DNA of 64,000 bases, from positions 1-64,000 of the IMG/VR virus record IMGVR_UViG_3300042564_002756. One strand, written 5' to 3'. This document shows positions 45,825 through 54,339 of the stretch, in pieces. Numbering within the stretch: the stretch's first letter is position 1; each line of letters starts with the position of its first letter. Made by a program: the position numbers and the translations under genes. The notes below the pieces were generated by a model. It ran no database searches. It was not told the origin of the DNA and saw only the letters and a program-made list of their open reading frames with translations. This DNA comes from an uncultured virus (IMG/VR IMGVR_UViG_3300042564_002756). Lineage: Duplodnaviria > Heunggongvirae > Uroviricota > Caudoviricetes.

Positions 45825-46232
45825 TCAGTCCATCCGCGAGCCAGAGTAAGATTTCAGTCCGTTTGCACGGAGAACCTCTGCAAATGCACGAGCATAGGTT
45901 TCTTTTTTCTGCATGGACTGATTGAACTCCGAGATCCAGAGTTGATAACTTTTCTCGTAATCATTTTTACGGAAACCGAAGCGTTCGAGGATCTTACGCT
46001 CCTCTTTACCGGCACGAGTGTTACCTTTATTGACAGGATACACGTCAACCCAAGCAAATCCACAAACCCCGTCAGCAACATAATGCATCGGTTTGGTGCG
46101 GTCAATCACATTCGAGAACAGAGAGGTCTCTTGACCGACAATCATCGGGACAACATTGAGTTTTTCAACGGCCGCCATACCTGCGGCATTTGCTTTTTTG
46201 CAGATCAGTTCGAAAGTTTCGAGGTCAAGCAT
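45825..46232 (-). CDS. hypothetical early protein
   Basis: Preceded by a promoter cassette and AAAGGA RBS. Confidence 0.75.
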   Translation of the reverse strand: MLDLETFELICKKANAAGMAAVEKLNVVPMIVGQETSLFSNVIDRTKPMHYVADGVCGFAWVDVYPVNKGNTRAGKEERKILERFGFRKNDYEKSYQLWISEFNQSMQKKETYARAFAEVLRANGLKSYSGSRMD

Positions 46233-46285
46233 GATAGTTCCTTTGTTACCTTATAGAATCAGTATAAACTAGTTGAAAACATTTG

Positions 46286-46537
46286 TCAACCAAGAGATAC
46301 GCGCCGCTTATAAGTTTTCCGTTGATGTTTAGGAGAACTTACATTAGCTTGAGCATTTTGGATTGCATGACGGATGATCCGAATTTCAAGATCACTCAAT
46401 TTATATTCTCTCTTCGCTACTTCGAGCCGAACTGCAAGCGCAGATGCTGCATTTGCAATTATGTCATTTGCATCTTTCTCTGCAATATTATAAAGAGGAA
46501 TGAGAATTTTACGAGCTTGGATATCATTGATGCGCAT
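46286..46537 (-). CDS. hypothetical early protein
   Basis: Cassette gene. Confidence 0.7.
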   Translation of the reverse strand: MRINDIQARKILIPLYNIAEKDANDIIANAASALAVRLEVAKREYKLSDLEIRIIRHAIQNAQANVSSPKHQRKTYKRRVSLG

Positions 46538-46601
46538 CAGGTGTCCTTTCAGGTTAACCTTATAGAATCAGTATAAACCATTTGAAAGCAAATGTCAACA
46601 A

Positions 46602-46913
46602 TTATGTGTGTTCTACAAACTTAATTCCAGCAGCCTCGATTGCACTTCGGCAAACAGGGCAAGGTTTTGCATTCTTCTCCTCGCCTTCTTTATCAAACCG
46701 CATCACGACAATCTTATGTGCACTATCCAGCTTTCTGCAGAGTGCAATTGCGTGAATTTCGGCATGTAGAAATTGCTTGTCAGGAAGACCGACTTTGCAT
46801 GCATGATGATTTTGGAGCGGGTGAGTTTTCACATAACTGTTCTTTCCAATCGAAAGAACTTTACCACGTTTATCATAGATAATGGCAGTAATATCGAATC
46901 GGGCTTTAGTCAT
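46602..46913 (-). CDS. cytidine/dCMP deaminase-like zinc protein
   Basis: HAE...PCxxC motif. Confidence 0.8.
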   Translation of the reverse strand: MTKARFDITAIIYDKRGKVLSIGKNSYVKTHPLQNHHACKVGLPDKQFLHAEIHAIALCRKLDSAHKIVVMRFDKEGEEKNAKPCPVCRSAIEAAGIKFVEHT

Positions 46914-47181
46914 TGATCAGCAGGGCCTTCAGTTGCTTCAGGCCAGGAGTAACACAGTCAAAGCGGAGACCGGCGACTTCTTCAGCACAACGGTCAAACC
47001 CAACAAAAGCAAAAACAGCAGGTTTGCCGGTTTTCTGAGAAATGACAGTAAAACCGTAATCGGCTGCATCGTCATAAACACGCTCTAGTTTGGGATCACC
47101 AAGACATGAAAGTTCAGCAACAAACACGTTATTCTTGAACGAAAACTTCGAGGACGAGATCGGAGTGGGGTTCAGTAGCAT
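46906..47181 (-). CDS. hypothetical early protein
   Basis: Cassette gene. Confidence 0.7.
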   Translation of the reverse strand: MLLNPTPISSSKFSFKNNVFVAELSCLGDPKLERVYDDAADYGFTVISQKTGKPAVFAFVGFDRCAEEVAGLRFDCVTPGLKQLKALLIND

Positions 47182-47234
47182 TGTATTTCCTTTGTTACCT
47201 TATAGAATCAGTATAAACTATTCACAGGTTACTG

Positions 47235-47618
47235 TCAACACACAAGTTCGTCAAAGGTTTCCTTCATGTCGTAAGGTAGACCCAGTTCAAAGCAAATATA
47301 TGAACCACCATACCACTTGTCATTTTCAGAAAGGTCCATGGATTCGACAAGCCAACGGATCGCAGTCTCACGACTCGAAGCTCCCATATTCATAAGGAGT
47401 TCGATCCGACCTTCGAACCGCTTGACTGCGGCTGCCTGTTCACTCCGCTCACGTGCGGCTTCCCACTCAAGTTCAACGAGCAGAGAATCCCATGTAGACT
47501 GCTTATCTGCATCGGAAGATGCAGTCCACATTTCCCACCACACAGAATAAGGGCGATAACCGCGAGCATCTTTGTGGAGATCAGAGACAATGGATTCGTC
47601 GAAGGTATATACAGTCAT
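47235..47618 (-). CDS. hypothetical early protein
   Basis: Cassette gene; SDLHKDARGYRP. Confidence 0.75.
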   Translation of the reverse strand: MTVYTFDESIVSDLHKDARGYRPYSVWWEMWTASSDADKQSTWDSLLVELEWEAARERSEQAAAVKRFEGRIELLMNMGASSRETAIRWLVESMDLSENDKWYGGSYICFELGLPYDMKETFDELVC

Positions 47619-47672
47619 GATCGGTTCCTTTGTTACCGTATAGAATCAGTATAAACTATTTGAAAACATTTG

Positions 47673-48119
47673 TCAACCGTTAAGTTTTGCTTTAATTTCA
47701 AGGAAGAACGTGTGGTACTTTGTCATTCGTTCAATGTCCTTAGGTGTCACACCCTTGAGTCGGCGGATATCAGTATTATGAGTCAAGTCTGCCATCTTGA
47801 CAATCATTGCATCTTTGCTCGAGAATACACCTTCTTTGTATTCTTCGTAGGATTGACCACGTTGTTTGGTGAGCAGTCGGACCGCATCAATGATTCGATC
47901 ATTCATACCTGCTTCACGCAATTCAATGTATGTGATCCTTGTATCTTCCACAACGTCGTGAAGAAGTGCAACACACTGAAGTTCTTCTTCAGCACTTTCA
48001 AGGAGACCCATTACAGCGAACGGGTGTAGAATGTAAGGATTACCACCTTTGTCGAATTGCCCGTGATGGGCATTTGTTGCAATGTGGATGGCGGCGGAGA
48101 GCATTTCACCACGTTTCAT
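47673..48119 (-). CDS. HD-domain SpoT/Mesh1-like (p)ppGpp hydrolase homolog
   Basis: AH.GQ.DK.G.PYI.HP; ALLHDVVEDT; VK.AD..HN. Confidence 0.85.
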   Translation of the reverse strand: MKRGEMLSAAIHIATNAHHGQFDKGGNPYILHPFAVMGLLESAEEELQCVALLHDVVEDTRITYIELREAGMNDRIIDAVRLLTKQRGQSYEEYKEGVFSSKDAMIVKMADLTHNTDIRRLKGVTPKDIERMTKYHTFFLEIKAKLNG

Positions 48120-48187
48120 GATTTAGCCTTTCAGTTGAAGTTACCTTATAGAATCAGTATAAACTATACAAAGGATAATGTCAACCA

Positions 48188-48391
48188 TTACCACCTCTTT
48201 GTGATAACATTGTCACCACAATTTCCACAAGTAAAGCCCTCTGCACCGTCTGGACCATCTGGCCCGCCACCATAGTCCGTCCCAGACCAAAGTGTTCGGA
48301 CTTCATTCGGTGTATATTCATTGATAGCACTGCATTTCTGGCATGTTGCTTGTTTTAGTACCTTGGGATTAAATCCAACTACTTTTGCCAT
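48188..48391 (-). CDS. small Zn-ribbon protein
   Basis: CQKC...CGNC. Confidence 0.65.
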   Translation of the reverse strand: MAKVVGFNPKVLKQATCQKCSAINEYTPNEVRTLWSGTDYGGGPDGPDGAEGFTCGNCGDNVITKRW

Positions 48392-48402
48392 TATTTTATC
48401 CT

Positions 48403-48789
48403 TTATGCCATAATATTATCAAGGTTCATTTCAACTTCCTCAAAGCGAGGCCGAGATTGCCGACCTGCAGCATAGAACCAAACTGCACCATCAAAAAGAT
48501 AGAGATAATCAGCTCCAGCGTGATTATAACCACACTTCATGTAGACCTTTACCGAAGCATAAACAACAGGTTTTTCATTTTTGTGAACGGAAGATTCAAT
48601 CGAGGCATTGAGATTTTCATTCAGCGCGGACAAGTAACCTGATTCGGCAACTGCACGAGCCCGATTGGGACTGTTATAATTGTCAACGAGTGTGCGCCCG
48701 TTACCTTCAAGATAGCCATCATAGTGGCAATATGTTGCGGTCACCGAGCCGTCTTCATTCACAATACCGATCATCGAGGGAGTACCCAT
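48403..48789 (-). CDS. conserved phage hypothetical protein
   Basis: YCHYDGY...G..L; cassette gene. Confidence 0.75.
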   Translation of the reverse strand: MGTPSMIGIVNEDGSVTATYCHYDGYLEGNGRTLVDNYNSPNRARAVAESGYLSALNENLNASIESSVHKNEKPVVYASVKVYMKCGYNHAGADYLYLFDGAVWFYAAGRQSRPRFEEVEMNLDNIMA

Positions 48790-48854
48790 AGTATAGTTCC
48801 TTTCAAGTTACCTTATAGAATCAGTATAAACTATTTGAAAGCAGTTGTCAACCA

Positions 48855-49025
48855 TTAATCGAAGAAGTTACCTTCAATCCACTTAAATTCTTTATGAGTG
48901 CAGTGCATCCAAGCACCTGGATGGTTCACTTCCAAATTACGATTGGCCTCGGCCATCGCTTTGAGATGAGTTTCTGCTTCAGTGACGAATTTCTGGTTGC
49001 CGGCGTAGAATATAAAAGTTGTCAT
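48855..49025 (-). CDS. small hypothetical protein (56 aa)
   Basis: Own translation MTTFIFYAGNQKF...; AGGA RBS. Confidence 0.6.
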   Translation of the reverse strand: MTTFIFYAGNQKFVTEAETHLKAMAEANRNLEVNHPGAWMHCTHKEFKWIEGNFFD

Positions 49026-49037
49026 CGTGTTTTCCTA

Positions 49038-49232
49038 TTACCAGTGATGTTGAGCAGCAGCGCCGAGTTGAATTTCACGAATCTCAAACGACTCAGAACC
49101 GCGCAACTCGGGGTAGTGAGCGGTCTCGAACACTTCTGAAGCGGCAGTCGCAGCATCGGCGGACGAATAGACTCCGAGGATCATCTCGCCTTCGTAGGCA
49201 GTTGAGAGCATAAGTGCATATACAGTCGTCAT
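49038..49232 (-). CDS. small hypothetical early protein
   Basis: Cassette gene. Confidence 0.65.
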   Translation of the reverse strand: MTTVYALMLSTAYEGEMILGVYSSADAATAASEVFETAHYPELRGSESFEIREIQLGAAAQHHW

Positions 49233-49289
49233 ATCGTGTTCTCTTTCAGTTACCTTATAGAATCAGTATAAACTATTTGAAAGCATTTG

Positions 49290-49499
49290 TCAACCACAAA
49301 GTTTAGCTTCAACTTCTTTAATATGCTTACAACGTTTGAAAGACACGCAATCACAAGTAAAACCATGCGATCCCATGATTACCTTGTATGTCTTGTCACC
49401 CTTTGACGAAAGGATATTCCAGCACATTCCGATAGCAAAGTGACATTTGGTGGCAATTTCAGTTGACGGCCAAGACTTCGGACCAGTTTTATATGCCAT
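49290..49499 (-). CDS. SWIM zinc-finger protein
   Basis: Y.V....FTCDC...CKHI. Confidence 0.75.
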   Translation of the reverse strand: MAYKTGPKSWPSTEIATKCHFAIGMCWNILSSKGDKTYKVIMGSHGFTCDCVSFKRCKHIKEVEAKLCG

Positions 49500-49519
49500 A
49501 GTAAAACCTCAGTTAACTA

Positions 49520-49873
49520 TCAGATACCAAGAACTTCTCGTTCTTCAACTGTTAGTTTTGAAATAGCTGATGCTTTGAGTTCTGCTTTGCGGTGTAGTGC
49601 AGCTTCTAGCTTTAGTCGAGTTTCATCTGCAGCTTTATGCTTTTTCCACCATGTTTCGACCTTTTTTCGTGTAACTCCAGCTTCTTTCCAATCGACATTA
49701 GAAAGCCAGAGTGGCAACATGTCACTGATTTGGTCTTTACCTTCAAGTGCGGTGAATAGACCGCACAGAACTGCTTCAAAATCAGAAAGTTCCATTCCAT
49801 GACGATTTTCACGAGGAGTGGTAAGATTACGAGTACGAGTATCAGTCGGACCCCAGCCGTCTCTGCAAGGCAT
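49520..49873 (-). CDS. hypothetical early protein
   Basis: AAGGAG RBS; cassette gene. Confidence 0.7.
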   Translation of the reverse strand: MPCRDGWGPTDTRTRNLTTPRENRHGMELSDFEAVLCGLFTALEGKDQISDMLPLWLSNVDWKEAGVTRKKVETWWKKHKAADETRLKLEAALHRKAELKASAISKLTVEEREVLGI

Positions 49874-49919
49874 TTGATTTCTCCTTTATTGGTTACCTTA
49901 TAGAATCAGTATAAATTAT

Positions 49920-50282
49920 TTAAGCTGCAAACATGAATTTTGCCATGTCTTCGGCACACTTGTAGCGCTTGCCGTCAGCAGCTTTGAGATATATGAAAGG
50001 CATTTTGTGTGCACGAGTGTTATAACCAACAAGTTCATCACCTTTGGTATTTTTCAGTTTCAAACCTTTGAGTTTAATCATGGTTTCAAGCATCGAATCG
50101 GCTCGAGTCTTAGCACCGAGAACTTTAGCGGTCACTTTAATCTCAACTTCAGCTTCGGTGAACTTCATATTGCCGACAGCAATTTCAAGATTTGAGTCGA
50201 TACCATATTTGCTCAGGAGTGTGGACATCTCAGCGCGAAGGTTGTTGAGGTTTTTGCGGTCGAATTTTGCGAACTTGGTCAT
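49920..50282 (-). CDS. hypothetical early protein
   Basis: Cassette gene. Confidence 0.75.
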   Translation of the reverse strand: MTKFAKFDRKNLNNLRAEMSTLLSKYGIDSNLEIAVGNMKFTEAEVEIKVTAKVLGAKTRADSMLETMIKLKGLKLKNTKGDELVGYNTRAHKMPFIYLKAADGKRYKCAEDMAKFMFAA

Positions 50283-50345
50283 TTTGATTCTCTCTGTGTT
50301 ACCTTATAGAATCAGTATAAACTATTTGTAAGCAAATGTCAACAA

Positions 50346-51002
50346 TCAGAGTGAAACTTTTTCACGAAGTTCGATAAATTTTGGTAACCAGTCACGTGCT
50401 TTCTCCACAAAGATCTGAGCAGGTGCATCATCTACTGTCATAACAATGACAATGTTCTTTGGCAGAATACCAAGCCGCTCATAGACCATATAAGAATAAC
50501 ATGACGCTTGCATAAAGTATCCATGGATCGAGTCTCGGTCTTTTGCTCGTTTGGATGTTTTGAAGTCGATAATTGCATACTCACCATCCCATTTTGCAAG
50601 ACAATCAACCCGTCCTGCAACTCTTAATTTGTCAGAATACAGTGGAAGTTCTAATCCACCGACAATTGTAATGTGCTTATCTAGATATGGCTTGATGTAA
50701 TTAAAGCTTGCAATATTTGCAGGCATGTGACCTTTCTTGTAGTCAGGCCGATTCTTTAGGTAATGTTCCGCAATTTCATGGACTGCAGTCCCTCGGCGGG
50801 ATGCTTGACCTGAAACTTTGGCTACTTGTTCTTCACCAACTCTGGCTTTCCAATCTTCCATCCACGATTTATCAGAACCAGCACCTAAAATTGTAGTTAC
50901 GGATGGATACTTATTTCCTTCAGGTGTTGTGTAGAAACGGCCATTTTCAGTTGTTTCTGCACTCAATTCTGGTAATTCAATACCAGACATATGTTCAAAC
51001 AT
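50346..51002 (-). CDS. PD-(D/E)XK (Cas4/RecB-like) exonuclease of T4-like phages
   Basis: YPSVTTIL; RGT.VH; AGRVDC...IIDFKTS; Q...Y. Confidence 0.88.
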   Translation of the reverse strand: MFEHMSGIELPELSAETTENGRFYTTPEGNKYPSVTTILGAGSDKSWMEDWKARVGEEQVAKVSGQASRRGTAVHEIAEHYLKNRPDYKKGHMPANIASFNYIKPYLDKHITIVGGLELPLYSDKLRVAGRVDCLAKWDGEYAIIDFKTSKRAKDRDSIHGYFMQASCYSYMVYERLGILPKNIVIVMTVDDAPAQIFVEKARDWLPKFIELREKVSL

Positions 51003-51003
51003 G

Positions 51004-51483
51004 TTATTCCTCTATGTCTTCAATTATCAATTTATCATATTTTGGTTTGAAGTCGGGTAGTTCTATATCACTTACATCTCTTTGTTCTTTTGCATATGAA
51101 AGTGAAATATGTGGCTGATATGAAGGCCACTTATCTTCCAAACCGAGACTTTCATACTGTTCTCTTAGATCTTTGATACCGCCTGAAAGTTCTATTGAAA
51201 ATACTGGAATATCTTTATCATCACCAAGAAACTTGATCCCAGTGATTATGACTTCAGTTGGAGTAATATTCTGTTCTTTATTACGAATGTTACTCTCATT
51301 AGTACTATAAAACACTGTCGTGTGAAAGTCAAACTCTTTCGGGTCTTGTTTATCACCATTGTATTTGGCAGATAGATCAAATCTATTCTTTGTTGCCCAG
51401 TCTCTTAATTTATCTTGTGACTCTTTATCATATTGAACAGAAACGTATTTCCGTTTTGCCATAAATTCTTTTAATGTTTTCAT
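51004..51483 (-). CDS. acb1: anti-CBASS nuclease Acb1 (T4 gp57B-like 2H phosphoesterase)
   Basis: Two HxT/S motifs, HTTVFYS and YQPHISLSY. Confidence 0.8.
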   Translation of the reverse strand: MKTLKEFMAKRKYVSVQYDKESQDKLRDWATKNRFDLSAKYNGDKQDPKEFDFHTTVFYSTNESNIRNKEQNITPTEVIITGIKFLGDDKDIPVFSIELSGGIKDLREQYESLGLEDKWPSYQPHISLSYAKEQRDVSDIELPDFKPKYDKLIIEDIEE

Positions 51484-51876
51484 TTATACCGCCACACTTG
51501 GTCCGCCAATAAACACCTTTGATGATCCAGTACTTATTGTATGGTCAAAAGATGTTCCTGTATTAAATTTACTTCCTATACGAACTGCTTTCTTTCCACC
51601 TATTGATACTTTACCAGCACATAGTGAAGTAGTGGGTGCATGAAATACTGGAGCAGGTACACAGGGTAAGCCATCAGGGTGTGAAGCCATAGCATCACCT
51701 TCTACCGCGACTAATTTGCCCTGTACAAATACTTTTGAATTGCTAGTTGATGCTGTTACTTGTGTACTTGAGACACTCCACGTCCAATATGGAGGTGGAG
51801 CACACTGAGGACCTTTAGTCCCATCAGTACAAGCTATTTGACTCTCACCGAGAGCAAATGCGAAAGATTCTCCCAT
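51484..51876 (-). CDS. PAAR spike-tip protein (gp5.4-like)
   Basis: VFVQGK.VA..GD...H; KAVRIG; H.I.TGSSKVFIG. Confidence 0.85.
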   Translation of the reverse strand: MGESFAFALGESQIACTDGTKGPQCAPPPYWTWSVSSTQVTASTSNSKVFVQGKLVAVEGDAMASHPDGLPCVPAPVFHAPTTSLCAGKVSIGGKKAVRIGSKFNTGTSFDHTISTGSSKVFIGGPSVAV

Positions 51877-51883
51877 ATGTTAA

Positions 51884-51907
51884 TTGGAGAGGCTTTCACC
51901 TCTCCAA
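51884..51907 (-). promoter_or_regulatory. stem-loop between the SD and start codon of the PAAR gene
   Basis: TTGGAGAGG-TGAAAG-CCTCTCCAA between AAGGAG and TTAACAT-ATG. Confidence 0.65.
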
Positions 51908-51920
51908 CTCCTTCTTTAAA

Positions 51921-52664
51921 TTACGCTGCTTCTAGTTGTTCTTCGGCAATAATAAATTCTTTTACTAGTCCACTTCTAACAATATCATCTACAGTAAATT
52001 CAATTGTTTCGAAGCAATCTGTGCTCATTTTGTCAATAACTTTTTTAAAGTGTCTTAGACCTGAAACATCTAGTCTATTTTTTGATGTTGCAAGATCATC
52101 CTGTTTCGTGTCACCGCAAAGAATAATTCTGGAACTTTCTCCGACTCTCGTCATAATTGTTCTAAGTTCATCCCATCTCATATTTTGGCATTCATCAACA
52201 ATAATAAGAGCATTGTCAAATGTCAAACCCCTAATAAAGGATGTACTCATAAATCGAATCATATTTTTCTGCTTCATGATTTGATATGCATCACCTCGTT
52301 CAAACAGATCATTTACAATATCAACATATGGTGCTTCAAAATACGACATCTTTTCCTGTGCACCACCCGGCATGTGACCTTGTTCACGTGATTGAACAGA
52401 TGATCTAACGACTATAATCTCCTTGTATTGTTTTTTTGCCATAACGTCTTTAAGTGCCAAATAGAGAGAAATGTAAGTTTTTCCGGTACCTGCCGAACCT
52501 ACTGCCAAAATATTCTTGCCATTATTATATGCATCAAATAATTTTGTTTGCGTATCTGTAATAGGTTCAATCCGTTTCATGCCAAATTTTGTATCTATCA
52601 GATAATCAGTTTCTCTAACGACTTGGGTTCTTTTTGTTTTTGTCAGACGTTTTCTAGTTGACAT
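51921..52664 (-). CDS. phoH: PhoH-family ATPase
   Basis: GSAGTGKT; FIRGLTF; IVDECQN; GD..Q.D; DIVRSGLVK. Confidence 0.93.
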   Translation of the reverse strand: MSTRKRLTKTKRTQVVRETDYLIDTKFGMKRIEPITDTQTKLFDAYNNGKNILAVGSAGTGKTYISLYLALKDVMAKKQYKEIIVVRSSVQSREQGHMPGGAQEKMSYFEAPYVDIVNDLFERGDAYQIMKQKNMIRFMSTSFIRGLTFDNALIIVDECQNMRWDELRTIMTRVGESSRIILCGDTKQDDLATSKNRLDVSGLRHFKKVIDKMSTDCFETIEFTVDDIVRSGLVKEFIIAEEQLEAA

Positions 52665-52694
52665 GTAAACTCCTGTTATTGATTAAGAGTAAAT

Positions 52695-52931
52695 TTAAAA
52701 CGTATTGATACTATCCTTCTTATGATGGTGTCTTACGTTCCTTAGAACATCACGAAAACCGTCGTCGGGCTTTCTTATCCCAAGACGGACCGGGTCACCG
52801 AATCCCGGAAACTTATTAAAAATTTGTGTGATATGAGAATTGTCTTCTAAATAACCCGCAAGTTCTGAGTATTTCAGAACTACTTCAAACTCTTCTTGAG
52901 TGTTGTCATTTCGCATAGAGTAGATTGGCAT
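52695..52931 (-). CDS. small FmdB-like conserved T4-like phage protein
   Basis: MPIY...T.EEFE; KPDDGFRDVL. Confidence 0.65.
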   Translation of the reverse strand: MPIYSMRNDNTQEEFEVVLKYSELAGYLEDNSHITQIFNKFPGFGDPVRLGIRKPDDGFRDVLRNVRHHHKKDSINTF

Positions 52932-52943
52932 TTAGTCTCCTAT

Positions 52944-52976
52944 AAAAAAATGGGGTCGGCTTTGTAGACCGACCCC
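52944..52976 (-). terminator. terminator-like hairpin GGGGTCGG/CCGACCCC plus U7
   Basis: 8-bp GC stem and U-tract on the minus strand. Confidence 0.75.
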
Positions 52977-53011
52977 GTATCAAAATATCATTATTCCTAC
53001 GATCTACAAGT

Positions 53012-53623
53012 TTATTTATACCAATTATGATTTTCCGAACCATCAATTAGTGAATAAATTTGCTTCCAGTTATCAACTCTTTTGATCCTTGAATTAACTG
53101 CATCATTTGCATTATAGTGATGGTTTACTAAAATACAGCGCATGTTATAGTCTAGACCATATTCTGCATTCTTTGTAAGATCTTCCAACCAGAAACAATC
53201 TGTATCTTTGTATTCCTTAAGAAGTTCCTTTTTATTTTTGGATGAACCACAAAGAATTAATTGTTCGAATGTTGTTTTACCAAATAGATTGTGAATATTT
53301 TCCATCCGAGCTTCATACATATCCTGTGTATTAGGGATTGCAGAGATACAATGAAAAACATATCCATGTTCCTCGTGTAGTTTTCGGATATACTTGATTG
53401 CATCTTTGAAAGGTGCTAGTCGTTTAAGTGCAGCACTTTCATTGAAGGCTTGTGTTAGCATTTCAGCTTCACTAGATGAGATACCATACATATCTTCAAT
53501 ATCATAGCAACCCATTTTCAGGATTTTATAACCATTTGCAATCATCCATTTATGGAAACCTGGTTCCCAATATCCGCATACACCATCATAATCTGTGACA
53601 ATTACATTTCCATAAACTTGCAT
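53012..53623 (-). CDS. HAD-family 5'-nucleotidase-like protein
   Basis: TDYDGV; WLED. Confidence 0.75.
   Translation of the reverse strand: MQVYGNVIVTDYDGVCGYWEPGFHKWMIANGYKILKMGCYDIEDMYGISSSEAEMLTQAFNESAALKRLAPFKDAIKYIRKLHEEHGYVFHCISAIPNTQDMYEARMENIHNLFGKTTFEQLILCGSSKNKKELLKEYKDTDCFWLEDLTKNAEYGLDYNMRCILVNHHYNANDAVNSRIKRVDNWKQIYSLIDGSENHNWYK
53013..53020 (-). promoter_or_regulatory. T4-type late promoter TATAAATA
   Basis: Exact consensus on the minus strand. Confidence 0.7.
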
Positions 53624-54102
53624 TATTTTGATCCTAAACTTAAAGCAATGGCAAGATTGTGATTTGTTGTTTCAAAATCTTTGTGGTGAATTGCAAAACC
53701 ACCATGTTCAGCCCATGGAATACAGTTCTTTTCAAAATCATCAATAAGGACATCGCCGGGTGAATGCATAAACAAGCACTTATTCTTGCCACCCATCATC
53801 GGGATAACTGTGATATCAGGTGAAAGATGTTTATAAACCCACTGACGTTTCTGCACAGCAGCTACTGTATAGTTTGATTTTGGGCATGCAGTCAAAATGG
53901 TTGGATTCATATGCTCAACTGAACGAAAGAACTCAAGAGCACCTGGCATAAGCGGGAGATTACTAAAGAAATTTCCATGCCCGTTAATCCATTTCCAAAG
54001 TGTAGGATCATCAAGTTTATGGCTTTCGATTCCAAATGCTTCAAGAAAGTATTTGTCAAAGTCAGCCATCACACCGTCTAGGTCGATATAAAGCTTAGTC
54101 AT
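53623..54102 (-). CDS. HAD-family 5'(3')-deoxyribonucleotidase
   Basis: YIDLDGVMADF; LIDD...N...W. Confidence 0.85.
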   Translation of the reverse strand: MTKLYIDLDGVMADFDKYFLEAFGIESHKLDDPTLWKWINGHGNFFSNLPLMPGALEFFRSVEHMNPTILTACPKSNYTVAAVQKRQWVYKHLSPDITVIPMMGGKNKCLFMHSPGDVLIDDFEKNCIPWAEHGGFAIHHKDFETTNHNLAIALSLGSK

Positions 54103-54125
54103 AATATAGTATAACCTTTCAGGAA

Positions 54126-54281
54126 TTATTCATCTTCACGATCTTCAAACCGCGAAAGTTTTTCATTTGTTTTCTTGCGACGATTATCACGGCGTTCACG
54201 CAATTTACGATCCTTCTCGTAATCATCGTTACCCCACTCGTCGTCCCATTCTTCGCGGAACTTCTTGAAGGATTTAGTCAT
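54126..54281 (-). CDS. small highly charged protein (51 aa)
   Basis: Own translation MTKSFKKFREEWDDEW...; AAGGA RBS. Confidence 0.65.
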   Translation of the reverse strand: MTKSFKKFREEWDDEWGNDDYEKDRKLRERRDNRRKKTNEKLSRFEDREDE

Positions 54282-54310
54282 TTAGTGATTCCTTTTCCAT
54301 TTATAGATAT

Positions 54311-54339
54311 AATATATTATGATTCTTTTGATTTGTCAA
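54311..54339 (-). promoter_or_regulatory. sigma70-type promoter TTGACA-N17-TATATT
   Basis: Hexamers and spacing. Confidence 0.6.

Larger units (their letters stand above)
46245..50343 (-). repeat. array of nine ~46-bp promoter cassettes, consensus GTTGACAaatgctttcaaatagtTTATACTGATTCTATAAGGTAAC (46245, 46553, 47194, 47632, 48140, 48807, 49249, 49892 partial, 50298)
   Basis: Near-identical direct repeats, each TTGACA-N17-TATACT (49892 lacks the -35), each ahead of one or two small ORFs. Confidence 0.92.

Noticed and set aside
46245..50343. True integron with attC sites
   Set aside because: No attC-like long imperfect palindromes and no tyrosine integrase in the window
46245..51002. Repeat array next to a Cas4-like nuclease read as a CRISPR or mini-CRISPR system
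   Set aside because: Spacers are 260-620 bp and contain whole genes; the repeats are promoters; the nuclease is a usual T4-like gene; no cas genes seen
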